In this document: positions 1 to 12,380 of the stretch, one piece after another
Position numbering within the stretch: the first letter of the stretch is position 1
Layout: each line of letters begins with the position of its first letter
Source: Bispira polyomma
Taxonomy: Eukaryota
DNA: 64,000 nt
Assembly: GCA_965649765.1 (NCBI GenBank)
Contig: OZ287754.1
Location: 50,654,001-50,718,000, forward strand
Direction of reading: 5' to 3'
Made by a program: the position numbers and the translations under genes
Notes under the pieces: generated by a model
The model's input: only the letters and a program-made list of their open reading frames with translations
What the model was told of the DNA's origin: nothing
Databases searched by the model: none

Positions 1-760
1 TTCAAAATTTAAAAATTTTTTTTTAAAAGTCAAAAATTTTCAAAAATTTTAAATTTTTCAAAAAAGTCAAAATTTTTAAAAAAATTTTAAATTTTTTTAA
101 AAAAGTCAATTTTTTAAATTTTGCAAAAATCCTTAATCTCAACAAAGAAAATAGAAAACCCTTAATATCTCGAAAACGGTGAGAGCGATTTCGGCTGAAA
201 TTTGGGCCCAGAGGGTATACTCAGCAACTTGCCCAAAAAATTCAAATTTGTTTAAATATTCAAAAATAAAATTTTAAAAAAGTCAGAATTTTGCAGTAAA
301 ATCTTTAATATCTCGAAAACGGAGCGAGATAGAGTGATTTCGGCTGAATTTTAGGCCCGCAGGTATAAAATTTTTTGAAAAAAGTCAAAAATTCTAAAAT
401 TTCCAAAAAAGTCAAAAATTTTTAGAAAAAATGTCAAAATTTTTCAAAAAAGTCAAAAATTTTCAAGTCAAATTTTTTTTAAAAAGTCAAACTTTTTAAA
501 AAATCTTGAAATTTTCAAAAAAGTAAATTTTTTTTTGAATATTTTTTTTTTTTTAATTTTTTAAAAAATTGCTCTCCCCATTTTTGGCCGCCAACTCGAA
601 TTTCTGCGTTTATCTCGGAAACGGTGCCAGATAGGGCAATTTCGGCAAATATTTTGGGCTCGGAGGGTATTTGCAGAAAATTGCTCAATGTCTTATTGGG
701 ACGCTTTTTTTTTTGCTCTGCAAAAACAATTTCCTTTCATTTGCAAAGCAGTACTCTAGG
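1..760. repeat. AT-rich tandem/dispersed repeat (AAAAAGTCAAAA-rich arrays with a recurring ~70 bp GC-richer core); possibly the 3' part of a non-autonomous Helitron/Helentron-like element
   Basis: Core 'atatctcgaaaacgg..gagatag..cgatttcggctgaa.ttt.ggccc.gagggtat' recurs at ~165, ~308 and ~610, separated by aaaaagtcaaaa runs; the same core reappears at 8186-8400. The Helentron label is inference only. Confidence 0.55.
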
Positions 761-1469
761 TACTATTTCACTAAAGGTTTTATGATTTGGTAAATTTCAG
801 ATATTTGAGGGATATTTATTTTTTTTTTCTATAGTCAGAGATTATGACTTTAGAGTCTCTGTATCATGGAAACTTGGCAAATTTATTAAATTTTTGTTAC
901 AATCCTCTCTCTAGTTTTTTTTCTCATAATGAAAGACTTCCAGCTAATCTTTTTTCCCTTTCTGTTTAAAATATAGTTTTTACAAAATTAAGGAAACTTG
1001 ATGAATCAAAACTTGTATTTTAATACCACTCAAGGAAATAGGGTAATAATGGTGTTTCTGGGTTTCAATCGTAGTAAAATTTCATTGGTAGCTACTAGTC
1101 GTCACTGAAGTAAACAATGTGTATTTTATGGCTTTTTTCCCTTTAGTGTTTGAGACAATTATTGACAGCAAAATCGAAATTCAGCAAATCAATAGTATTC
1201 ATCTAGGTTAAGCAAGTAAATTACACAACATAAAATGTATTTGTCTACCTATTTAGTACACACTTGTAATGGTTTGTCTCCCTGCTGCAACGCTTTGCAG
1301 GGATAAAGGAATGGGCCCTGTTTGGGCCTCTGTGCCGAACACTGCAAGCTATTTTTATTAAATATAGATATAAAGTCACATCTGGTTCCTGGTTACTCAA
1401 AACTTTACTAAGTGGACCAATACTTCACTAATTTTGCTTTTCAAGTAATTCACCAGTTCACCTACCTCT

Positions 1470-1811
1470 GGCCACTATACTGCCATGATGGATGTGGAAC
1501 CTTTGTAGTTTCCTTTTTTTGTTTTTTTTTGTTCTCATTAAAATAATACATTACAAAAAGGAATACATTGTCTTTAATACATAGGATACATTAATGTAAC
1601 TGTTTCGTATTATGTACAATTAATAGATACATTTTTTGTGAAAATATTCTTGCCTTATCCTCACTAAGTCATTGAATGCTCAACCCAAAAAGAATAAAAA
1701 GGCCACTATACTGCAACAAGGGATATGGAACCTTTGTAGTCTCCTTTTCTTGTTTTTTTTTTGTCCCCATTAAAATAATACATTACAAAAAGGAATACAT
1801 TGTCTTTAATA
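1470..1811 (+). repeat. Local direct duplication (1470-1614 vs 1701-1811); the second copy is interrupted by the LINE
   Basis: 'ggccactatactgc...ggaacctttgtagt...cattaaaataatacattacaaaaaggaatacattgtctttaata' occurs twice; the continuation 'cataggataca.taatgtaactgtttcgt' follows copy 1 directly and resumes for copy 2 at 6803. Confidence 0.9.
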
Positions 1812-1954
1812 GTTCATATAGTTTATTCGTACTCAAAGTACATTTTTTTTTTATAATATACAAACATGATAAGAACAAACAAAAACAAAAAAAAAAACAA
1901 AAAAAGAAACAAAAACACATAATATGTACATAATAAAGAATACTACATGTTATA

Positions 1955-4900
1955 TCATACTGTACATATGTATTTTAATATCTCATTTATTTCCTGATGG
2001 GTTAAAAAAGTATTTCCATCCTCCCTCAGACTTAATAAGTCCTGTATAATATTTATATGTACAACATCATCAACACTAAGCTTTTCATTCTCACAACAGA
2101 GGTTTTCATTATAATTAGAGTAATCACTTTGCATGCCATACTTGTGTTTAATAAATACATAACTGTTGCAAACATCAGAACAACTACCACTTTTTGCTAA
2201 ATTGGAACATAAATTAATCAAACTATTCTCACTACGCATTGCATCACTGAAAGATTTAACAAACCTTTTATGTAACTGGATTTCTTCAGTTTTGTCATTT
2301 ACAATATAAGGTAAAAACCTACAGTGTGTGTTATGGGGTATATGTAATAACCTTATACATTTACGCCATGTTACATAAAATCTGCTTACATCATTACCAG
2401 AAAATTCTCACAAACAACAGCCATACAATGGCATACAGTATGCTTTTAACAATTTGTATTTTATCTCAGTATTAGACATGTAAAAATAAGACATTATTAT
2501 ATTTACATTTGCTACAAATTCATTTATATTTTTCTGAATATTATCTCTTTCTGTATCATTCCCAATAAGATTGCCCAGGTGGCTTGCATTGGTCTCGCAA
2601 TATATTTTATGAGTGTTAAACATTACATATTCATTGTTCTCATTATTTCTCGAAGAACCGAATCTCACAAGTTTAGTTTTGCTAGAGTTGAACTTTACAT
2701 GATATTCCTTACCAAAAGCATGAACAATTTGTAACAGTAACTTAGTTGATGTTAAGGTTGGAGCTAAAATTGTCACATCATCTGCATATGCCAATACTCC
2801 ACAGAATGTATTGCCTATCCAACAGCCATAACCTGACTTTATTAACATTTGAAGAAGCTCATCAAAGTAAACTAAATAATATAGGTGACAATACCCCTCC
2901 TTGTTTCACACCATTTTTAACACCAAATTCAGATGAATAACAGTTTTCCCACTTGACTCGTAAGTTTTGTTGAGTGTATAACATAATTAAAAATCTAGCT
3001 GTCACAGGACATACCCCTCTCTTAAAGAGGACATTGAAAAGTTTAACATATTGTACACGATCAAATGCTTGTGTAGCATCAAGTAGAAGGCAATATACAT
3101 TACTATTATTGTTACCATAATACTCTACAATTTCTTTTAGAACAAAAGTACACTTAACTGTAGAATGTTTACTTTTAAAACCAAATTGTAAATCACATGT
3201 GTTTAGAACATTACTGTTTTGAGAAAGTATTACATTATCAAACATTTTACCCAATATGCTACTCAAGGTTATCGCTCTAAAGTTGTTAGATTCATTACAA
3301 GATTTACGTTTGTTCTGAATTATTGGAGTTATAGTACCAAGGGTCATATCACCTGGTATAACACCATGACGTAACATACATGAGAACAATATTGAAATAT
3401 ATACAGATGACAAGTGGGGAGCATTTATTAAGTTACAAGAAAATGCCTTATGTATTCCATCACCTTTGTTATTCTTCAATTTAGCAACACTATCAATTAC
3501 ATCATTTACAGTAATTACATGCTTATTATAACACTTGCCTTCAATACAATTCCCAACAATTTTATTATCAATACTGTTACATAATGTTTGCATCTCTTCA
3601 ACTTTATAAGGTACAGAAGTATATAAGGTCTTGTATTTATCTCCAAATAAATCACAAATATTCTGTTTTTCAGTTACATTATCAACATTCAGAATACTGG
3701 AGTTTTTATTACTTAATTTCTTTTTCACTTCAGTCCAGAATTTTCTGGAGTTGTTACATGATATTGCATCAGCCATTGCCTTTGCACATAAACCATTCTG
3801 ATTGTTCTTAGCAAACCGAATAGAGTAATGATATTGAGCTCGTGTCCTCCGTCTTATGTCAGCAATGATACCATTATGTGGAGAACCATTACTTCTCCAC
3901 ATATTATGCCAGAAGATGGCTGATTTCTTTTTTGAACATACAAATTCATTCCAACCAGGAATATTACCTTTCTTATTAACTGTATTGGTGGTAGGAATAC
4001 ACATATTAGCAGCATCTACATGAGCATTTATAATGGAGTCATGAAAATTATTTATATGCTCTTTATGTATATCACAGAAGTAGTCATTACATTTCAATGC
4101 ATCCCATGGGATATTAATTTTACTCAAAGTAAGATCAATCAAAAACTGATAATTAGCAATGTCCACATCAGTGGCCTTTTCCCAACAAATGGATTTATTG
4201 TTCGCATTTACAATTACAGTTGTATATTCCACTTTAGTACACATTATACTCAAACATACTACAGAGTGATCAGACAAGTTGTCACCGTCATGAAGAACAT
4301 CATATGTCATAATGTCATCATACAAGTTACGAGAAACAAAAAAGTGATCAATTATTGACACACCCTCATTACTTGTGCTCATATAGGTGAAATCTATTTT
4401 ACTTAAACTGGATTTAATGCAACACTCTAAAGATTCATTGGACACAAATTCTCCCAATAACTTTTGTAACTCTAAAGTTAGATTTGTTTAGATCAGCATT
4501 AAAATCACCACCTAGGATTATATAATTTCCTTATGCAGTTTTGCAAATAGAGGACACCATTGATAATATATTATTAACTTCATCAACATAACTGTCCGTA
4601 TTGGAGTTACATAGCATGTACACATTAATTAAAAGTATAGCAGTGTCATTGAAAATAGCTTTTACAGCACAGATATGAGAAGAGTCCACAAACTGGCACG
4701 ACTTTGGCTGTTAAATTACACTTCCACAATATAGAACATCCTCCATACGGACGTCCCACTAAGAGTTCATTGGGATTCATCCCAGATATTGTATGAGACT
4801 TTACATTGTAAAGATTGTTTTCAAAGAAACTGACTTGTCTACTATGCAACCAGTGTTCCTGTATAAATACAAAATCATTTCTATCACACAGGTTTTGTAT

Positions 4901-4966
4901 ATATTTTACTCTATCAATACCATGTCCACGACTATTATAAGAACATATAGAGAGAGCTGAAGCCAT
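1955..4966 (-). pseudogene. LINE ORF2 (APE endonuclease-reverse transcriptase), broken into ORFs 4646-4966, 2862-4457, 2408-2848 and 1955-2239
   Basis: APE motifs SYNSRG, FIQEHWL, GRPYGG, IIDHF, NLSDH; RT motifs NFRAITL, QFGFK, LLLDATQAFDRV, GVKQGGVLSP, LAYADDV; C-terminus ending ..INEILKYICTV. Confidence 0.9.
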
Positions 4967-5015
4967 ATTTAAAGGGTTTAGGAAAGATACAGTTAATTTA
5001 TAACATTAATATAGT

Positions 5016-6351
5016 CTACTTATCAGTCTCATCCTCGGTTATACTGTTGTTTCTCCTTCTGTTGCTTGGCATAGAATAGAATGGTCGTACTCTCAAACCT
5101 TCTGGCCAAAGCTCACCGTCAAACAACTGCTGATACTGCGAAACTGGCACTGTTAGTTTATAGGACTTGAATTTGGCATTTATGTTTGAAACACACTCAA
5201 GAGACCTCACTGTCACACCACGGTCAACAATATATGTTTTAAGATCCTCTAGTTGTGTACTTATGTCCACACGGAAGATAAACAAATGTCTATCTGGTTC
5301 TGGAGCTCCTCTAACTCTGGTGTCTGCTTGTGTAGAACTACCAGCAACTAACCACTTCTTCATTTCTTGTCTTCGTTTCTGTTTTAGCATGTATGAAAAC
5401 AACCTAAATTGCTCATCACTGTCTTTCCCATCAGACATCAGACTCTCACCCGCCACCTTGTTATCCTGGCCCTGAACACTCAAAGGTTGTATACTCCGCC
5501 TATTGCCAGCATCATTAGACCTGTTGTGGTTATCTCTCTTATATGTTTCACTGTGTTTGGTTCTCCCCTCTGCTGTATTCTTTGATGTCTGACTGGTCTT
5601 AGAGTTCAACTTCCTCTGTTCTAGTGAGTTACCACTCACAACGTTAGCATAACTACTGCGATTTTCTATCTCCTCACGCATCACCATGCTCTCAACTGTA
5701 TTTCTATCTAATTGCTCTTGCATTTTACTCATCCTGGTCTCAAATTGGTTTAGCCTATCACACAGCGATATATTATTCAACTCCTCCGGATGTGACCTAG
5801 GGATAATTCCCAAGGCCAGAGCACCAACAGCAATTGGAGGAAATCTGTCTGCAGTATCCAACTTCATGAGGGCATTAATAATGTCAGTAGCATGCACTTC
5901 CTTTACTGATCTGATGTTGCTATCTCTTCTGCACTTCTTATCTCCAATAACACTTGTCCCACAAAAGGACCAAAGCATGTCTTTTGCTTCTGATATTTGT
6001 GTCTCTGTGAAGTGCCCCATCACTGCTTGTTTAATGTTATCATTAGATGCACTCTGCATAGAAAATAAAATGTAACCCAAGATTGGCTGCACTAGAACTT
6101 TGTCTGCACTGTATATGCCAGAGTCCAGGCTAGGGTTGTTTTCCTTATTAGGAAATTCTTTTCTCAGTGTTTGTTCTGTATCTGGCTGATCAATTGACAC
6201 TTTGTTCTCTTCACATGGACAGTCTAAATTCTCTCTGTGCAGCCATGCACGAGCTGCAGAAAAAGTCATCACCAAAGCCAAGCGTACACTCTGCCCTCCT
6301 TGCTTTCTTGGGACAAGAAGCCCCTGAAGGTAATCCCGTACAAGCTGGCAT
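5016..6351 (-). pseudogene. LINE ORF1 with N-terminal Cys-rich finger (frameshifted near 6210) and C-terminal RRM-like domain
   Basis: ATG at 6351 (-) reads MPACTGLPSGASCPKKARRAECTLGFGDDFFCSSC.. then stops; the overlapping 421-aa frame carries a coiled coil and HLFIFRV..SYKLTV..LWPEGLRVRPF, typical of this LINE ORF1 class. Confidence 0.75.
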
Positions 6352-6588
6352 TTCTAATTAGGGATTAGTTGACGTACATCTGTGGACCTGGGCCTAGATT
6401 CTTCTATTTTCGCCCACTAGTGGGTGTTTTTATACAAACTGTTGGAAATTACTCAATAAGCTCCCGATATTATGTTTATTGGTTTACATTTATTACTTTA
6501 GGTTCATTTTTACTTTTATTTGGATGTTTATTTCAGGTTTTCTCAAATTCAAAATCGCGTGTTTTACGGTTGATACATACTAAAAAAT

Positions 6589-6797
6589 ATATCTCTTGGT
6601 GGGGGATCTCTTGGTGGTACATATCTCTTGGTGGTATATATGTCTTGGTGGGGAAGATTTACATCCAACACAATCATCTCCTTACAGATGCTTTTAACGC
6701 AGGTTGAGAGGCACATCTAGCCGATTTGCAAGCCAGTGTATGGTCAGTCTAAATACAAGCTTGCCTATAAATGTCCTTGAGTTGTGGGCAGTCCCAC
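6589..6797 (+). other. Extra sequence at the LINE 5' junction: 4x ATCTCTTGGTGG-like slippage units, the last running into a ~160 bp copy of 7234-7394
   Basis: 6640-6800 is nearly identical to 7234-7394; repeat units start at ~6589, 6606, 6621 and 6638. Confidence 0.85.
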
Positions 6798-6839
6798 TAA
6801 TACATAGGATACATAAATGTAACTGTTTCGTGTTACGTT

Positions 6840-8160
6840 TATTTGGTCTCCTTCGCTAGAATGAAGACAGAGTCAGATTTATTAGATGAGTTTAATTTGA
6901 CAGTTCAAAGATTGGGCTAGGTGATAAACTTTCAGAAATCATGATGACAGATTTTCGCTGTTACTGCTTCATTTGGGCACCAGGTCTAGTCTTTTCAATC
7001 CAGAAGAAGTGGTCGATTTTATCAAAGGCGTTTCTAGCTGTCAAGTTTCGTCCAGTATAACGCCCAGAATGTTTTGTTTTTCATACCAGAGAACATTGCC
7101 ATTTGGAAGGTTACTTATAAGACCCTTCCAGTGGTATCTAAAATCTCAAATGGCAGTGCCCAGTCACTGGTAATCAAAATACCTGTAACTGCCCAGTGGA
7201 GGTACCAAATTCAATGGTGGTAAGACCCCTTAAATGTCTTGGTGTGGAAGATTTACATCCAACACAATCATCTCCTTACAGATGCTTTTAATGCAGGTTG
7301 AGAGGCACATCTAGCCGATTTGCAAGCCAGTGTATGGTCGGTCTAAATACAAGCTTGCCTATGAATGTCCTTGAGTTGTGGGCAGTCCCACTAACACTCA
7401 AGGTATTTTCCAGGTAGATACTGGGAAAATGAGTTTCTCCTAGCCACCGACAGTGCAACAGTAGTAGCTCATTTGAACAAACAACAGGAACTCATTCTTT
7501 AGATTTGTGTCTTCTGGTATGGCGGTATTTGCCTACTTCAATCCCAGGAAGATCTGGATTCGAGCCCGTCTTGTACATGGTTGAATGACAGATGTTCAGT
7601 AGCACTTATTCCAAAGCTTGTTCACAAGTTTTGAACTTACCAGTGTGAAATGATGGTCATAGCTCCTGGATGGCCAGGCATGACCCGGTTGTGGGATCTG
7701 GTGGACCTATAGGTCAGACCACCAGTTTTCATACCCAGTGGCCATATTGGCTCAAGCAATCGTTTGGCCACAGTTGTCTACAGAATGTTCCATATGTGAA
7801 TCTCCATGTTTGGGTACTAGAATACAATTGAAACTAATTCTCAGTACTTAGATCAGTGGAGGATCAAATTAAGGCACCTCCGAGACCATCCTCTAGGCAA
7901 GTGTATGAATTAAGGTGGGCTTTGCTGTTCTTTCAACTGTTCTTCCACACCTATTGCAGATCACTTGGGATTGAAAGGACTAGAAGTCTTTACTAGCCTT
8001 GAACTGAATATACTTCTGGCCAGTTTTTATATGGACAAACCTGTGCTAGATTGAAGTTTTCCTACTTTTCAGCTTTGACCAAGTTTCCATTTGAACCTAT
8101 TAGAGAGCCTTTTTTTAAGCTGGTTTCCTTCAAAACCTAGCTTTATGCTGTTGTTGGATG
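6840..8160 (+). mobile_element. Degenerate DIRS1-type tyrosine-recombinase retrotransposon (RT C-terminus, RNase H, methyltransferase-like and YR remnants)
   Basis: Decayed motifs: LG.VINFQKS (~6915-6940), PFGRLLIRPFQWYL, LLTDAFNAG*EAHL, NVLELWAV, ATDSATVVAHLNKQ, VIAPGWPG..LWDL. Confidence 0.75.
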
Positions 8161-8185
8161 AAAGCTTCACTGGAGTTTTTCACAG

Positions 8186-8400
8186 TGCGATTTTGGCCGA
8201 ATTTTGGGCCCGACGGAGATACGCAGAGTAATATGCACATTTGTCAAAAAATCGCTCTCTTGTCATTTTTGGCAGCCCTCTTAAATTTCTTCGTTAACCG
8301 CCAAAACGTGTTTATTCAAAAACGGTGCAAGATAGAGCAATTTTGGCCGAATTTTGGGCCCAGAGGGTATATGCAGAGTAATCTGCACATTTTTCAAACA
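8186..8400 (+). repeat. Two more copies of the core repeat seen at 1-760
   Basis: 'ttttggccgaattttgggccc..a.g.ata.gcagagtaat.tgcacatt' at ~8190 and ~8340. Confidence 0.75.
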
Positions 8401-9399
8401 ATCTATCTTCCAAAAAGATAAATTACATTAAAATTTTTACATTTGCGCACTTTAGAAACTTTTCTTTTATTTTTTTATTGATCCATGTTTAAGTCAAAAT
8501 ATTACGTTAAAGTCAATAAACCATAACGTGATATAAAAATTTAGATGTTCTCCATTAATTTTACTTTCACATCAATCAATACATAATGTTGGAATGTTTG
8601 TTTAATCACTTGAGGCATTTTTGTAGTTTCTTGTTATGAACATAGAAATAAACTTGTTCGTTCAACCACTCGCAAAAGACGACCACTTGTAAGAAATCTC
8701 CCTGTGAGTTTTGCATTAAGAATAAATCTTACAATTTCCGACTAACCATCATTTTTAGTAAGTGGCTGCAGCTTGCAGTAAAACATCAAACATCAAAGGA
8801 ATGAAAAGAGATGTTTCCATATACGTGGCAAGCGGTAAAAATCCACCACTGCACAAATTTTGTCATTGCGGAGTGCCAGAAGTAGACAAAAATGAAATGT
8901 GCAGTCTAACCTGCCCAAAAGACCACCTCTATAAAGAGACCACCTCTATATAAAGACTCAAGTTTCATTTCATCAAGATGGTGGTCTTTATAGACAAGTT
9001 TCACTCTATTGAACCAATGCTCTTTGGCATCCGTTTTTACACTGATTAAAATGGTAAAAACAAATTCCCAATTCAAACCTGAAAGAAGAAGTTATGCAGT
9101 TCAGCATGAAATACCATAATTGGTATTTCTAATCTTCCAGAAAATGTAGCTTCAAACCATAGCCACTTGTCACACACACAGAAACATTAGCCATAATGTA
9201 TTCTTCCCCAAGACACCTAGGTAGCCTCTTGAGCATCTAATCTTGGACCATATATATTTACCAACATCCCCAGAATACAATTCTTAAAATGTTTCTTAGC
9301 ATCAGCCAATCAGATTCTTCAAACTATATTTTAAGCCTATCAAATTGGTTGACACATAAATGTAATAACAAACCCCCTTTGTGAATACCAGCTCTAGTT

Positions 9400-10278
9400 T
9401 TCATATCCTTTTACTTTACTTAGCCCCATAGTGAAAGTTTTAGCTACAATTGTGCATCTTCTCATTTCAGTTATTAGTTCAAACAAAACCCTATACCTTG
9501 CAGTCATTTATTAACCACCAAAATTTTCTTAATCCCTGTTCATGGATTACTTTTTAGCTTTTACTAGCTTTGTATCATCTGTCACATCCATGTTGTCACA
9601 GAGTCAAAAACCAGTCTTAATTTTAAGACATTATTGGAATCGTACAATCTGTCTCAGCATGTCTATTTCCCGACTCATCTCCTGGGCCACACCCTAGATT
9701 TGCTAATCACTTCGGCTGACTGCTCACTCGCATTACATACAGCACACTCTGGCTTTCTTAGTGACCATTCTGTTGATTCTTGCGATCTGGATCTCTTGCC
9801 TCCTTAATGCTTTTCAAGCAGTATTATCACTTCTAGGCAGCTACACAAAATTAATATGGATAGTCCAAAAAGTGATTTGATAAATTCTCTTTTGTTCTTT
9901 CATCCTTTAATGATATTGGTAAACTATACAATTATTATCACTTCGCCATATCTTGGATAAGCATGCTCCCCTTAAAACAAAAACCCTTAAGAAACCTACT
10001 CATGACTGGATCACCACTGAATACCTTACTGCCAAATGCCTTTGTAGGCAATTTGAGCGTAAATGGAGAAGAGACAAATCAGCGCTCAACCGATCCCGGC
10101 TGCACAGGCAAATTAACCGATGCAACCACATCTTAAACAAAAAGGCAAAAGGTGAATACTATAAGATACTAGTTATGGACAAAAGTAATAATAGTAGAAA
10201 AGTTTGGGACACCCTAAAGAACATTTTACACAGAACAAATGTCACCATTCTTTCCTCCCACACCGCCCTGAAATTCCT
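9400..10278 (+). pseudogene. L2-type LINE ORF2 relic (APE C-terminus and linker)
   Basis: PTHLLGHTLDLLIT and LSDHS-like motifs (~9670-9770); DKHAPLKTKTLKKPTHDWIT..RQFERKWR..YY, homologous to the L2 at 41077. Confidence 0.8.
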
Positions 10279-11022
10279 CTATTGCAGCACCAGTAGCAAA
10301 TCAAACAGTGTCGTGATTGTTCGACACACACAGTCAACATTCTATTCCTTCCCCAAGAAACCCCATCCCAATGAGATTTGACAACACAAGTAGGAGTGCC
10401 CCATAGCGTCACAAGGGCTTTCACCGTCGGGAGGTACTAAAGTTTGGTATCGTATTGATGGATAAGTTAGATCTTATTGTCAATACGTTCTGTCTGATAG
10501 GTCTTATCGCATTCCAGGCCTATCCTATCTCTGGCCCATTCGGTCCTATTCAGATCCAACCCTTTTCAATCTGAGAGAATGTGCCAGTAATAAGATCGAA
10601 CTTAGTTATGTCCGGATCTGATGTATTACACCCCGACCGAACTTCCTCTCACCCTGGCAGAACTTTGAGTTGATACGTTCTTTAACCCCGATCAAACTCA
10701 CCAGAGTAGGAGAGAACGTATTGGCTATCAGATCTGCTGGTAGAGGTAAAAGATCGAACGGGGTGAGGATACGATCAGAATTACTACCAACAGGATCTGA
10801 GCTATTTACTCCTGACCAATAGCATCGAACTTATGCATGCTGGGGTGTTTGGGTATAAAACATCCTGTCAATATGGGACTCGTATTTGGAGATTGCTGTT
10901 GTTATACGAGTTGTGTTTTTGTAGAGAGGGATTTTTATTGTTTTTAATTACTTATATGTACTGAGCTTAGGGAAAGTTTTATAGTTTTTTTTTATATCAC
11001 AACATTAATATATAACAGCAAG

Positions 11023-12089
11023 ATGCCGAGATTGGGGAAGGTCAAGAGAAAGATTGAAGTGGCGAAGGAGAAGGAAGTAGAGAGAGAGACATAGTTTGAA
11101 GTAGGGATTTCTGCAGATGAAGTGGAGGCCCAGAGAAAGAGGGGAGACCAGAAGGAGAGCACCACCCCTAGTGAAAGAAGTGAGAAAGAGGTATTGAAGG
11201 ATTTGTCACAGGGAGTGAAGGAGTCATCCCAGTACAGCGGTAGAATGAAGAAGGCCGGCAAGATGGTCCATGTCATTTTGACAGGGGAGGACAAGCTGGC
11301 TGTAGTTTGTAAAGGATAATGAAGTACTGTACCACAAGAGACAATTTAAGGATCAATCTCTTAAGGAAAGATTGTGGAAAGATTTTGCCACCAGCAGAGG
11401 GTTAAAGATGACTGAAGTGAAAACGTGGTTTGTTTCCCAGAGGACCCGTTTTGGGAAGCTTATGGTGAAAAAATCCGGGCAGGCCGCCCCAGACTTTATG
11501 GATAGGGAGAACTGGTTGATGGGTAGGTTCTCATTCCTGGGATCCCACATTGTTCGCAATGTAAAATCTTCAGCTTTCAAGCCGTCCAAGTCATCCACCC
11601 AGGGAGCTTCGCCACCCCGTATTACAGAGGCACCTCACGACATATCCAGATGTTCCAGTATTGGCTTGGATAGCGCAGCTGAGAACAGCATGAGAAGCAC
11701 CCAAAGAAGTTCACCAGCCCGTCAAGTTTTCGATATGAGCAGCCAGTCAGTGGAACATTTAGGACCTCTCAGGACTATCATTTCAAGCTTCAACTAGAAA
11801 CCAGAACCACCACAGTCCAACCGCGCCACTTTCTTCAAATACCCGGCAACAGAAGGCGAGAAGCTCGACGAGGGGGGCTTAAAGACTTTTATGAATGAGA
11901 CAGAGTAGAGTAGAATTCAACGTGAAAGAAGCCAGCTTCGCAGTGCCCATGCCGAGAACAGTCCCAAGTTTTACCCAGTCCCGAGCGCCAGGTTCTACAT
12001 ACTTTTCACAGCAGCCTCAGGATACAGCAAAGCATTCCCAAGTTCTCATGCTGGATACAGCTAACTCGTCTTTCCAGGCTGCTTCGTAA
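11023..12089 (+). pseudogene. Harbinger accessory Myb/SANT(MADF)-like DNA-binding protein, disrupted
   Basis: ATG 11023, charged N-terminus, then KERLWKDFA..EVKTWFVSQRTRFGKL..DRENWL..FSFL (trihelix Trp pattern); stops and frameshifts present. Confidence 0.72.
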
Positions 12090-12380
12090 CAGTTTCAAAT
12101 TCAAACACATCAGCCTCAGCATCCCGCACAGCATTCCCAAGTTCTCATGCTGGATACAAAATTTGGAAGTCCAAAATATTAGCCCAAACAAACAGATTAC
12201 ATTGTCTCTTCAATATTAATTCACACACATACAGACATAACTTATAAGTCACTGCCCCAAAATTTAGAAACCCAAAATATAAGCTCAAACAAGCAGATAA
12301 CATTGTCCCTTTAATACTGATTCACGCACATACAGACAAAATAAATAAGTGACTGGGCCAGAATTTAAACCCCAAGTATA
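12005..12380 (+). repeat. Short degenerate tandem duplications at the 3' end of the Harbinger Myb-like gene
   Basis: 'cagcctcag..agcattcccaagttctcatgctggataca' x2 (12013, 12111) and 'aaattt.gaa..ccaaaatat.agc.caaacaa.cagat.acattgtc' x2 (12160, 12260). Confidence 0.75.

Larger units (their letters stand above)
1812..6588 (-). mobile_element. Near-full-length non-LTR retrotransposon (RTEX/Proto2-like): ORF1 plus ORF2 (APE endonuclease + RT), inactivated by frameshifts
   Basis: ORF1 and APE/RT fragments are collinear on the - strand; AATAAA lies near the 3' end (tttatt ~1822-1827 on +); TAATA at 1807-1811 and 6798-6802 flanks the whole insert. Confidence 0.88.
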
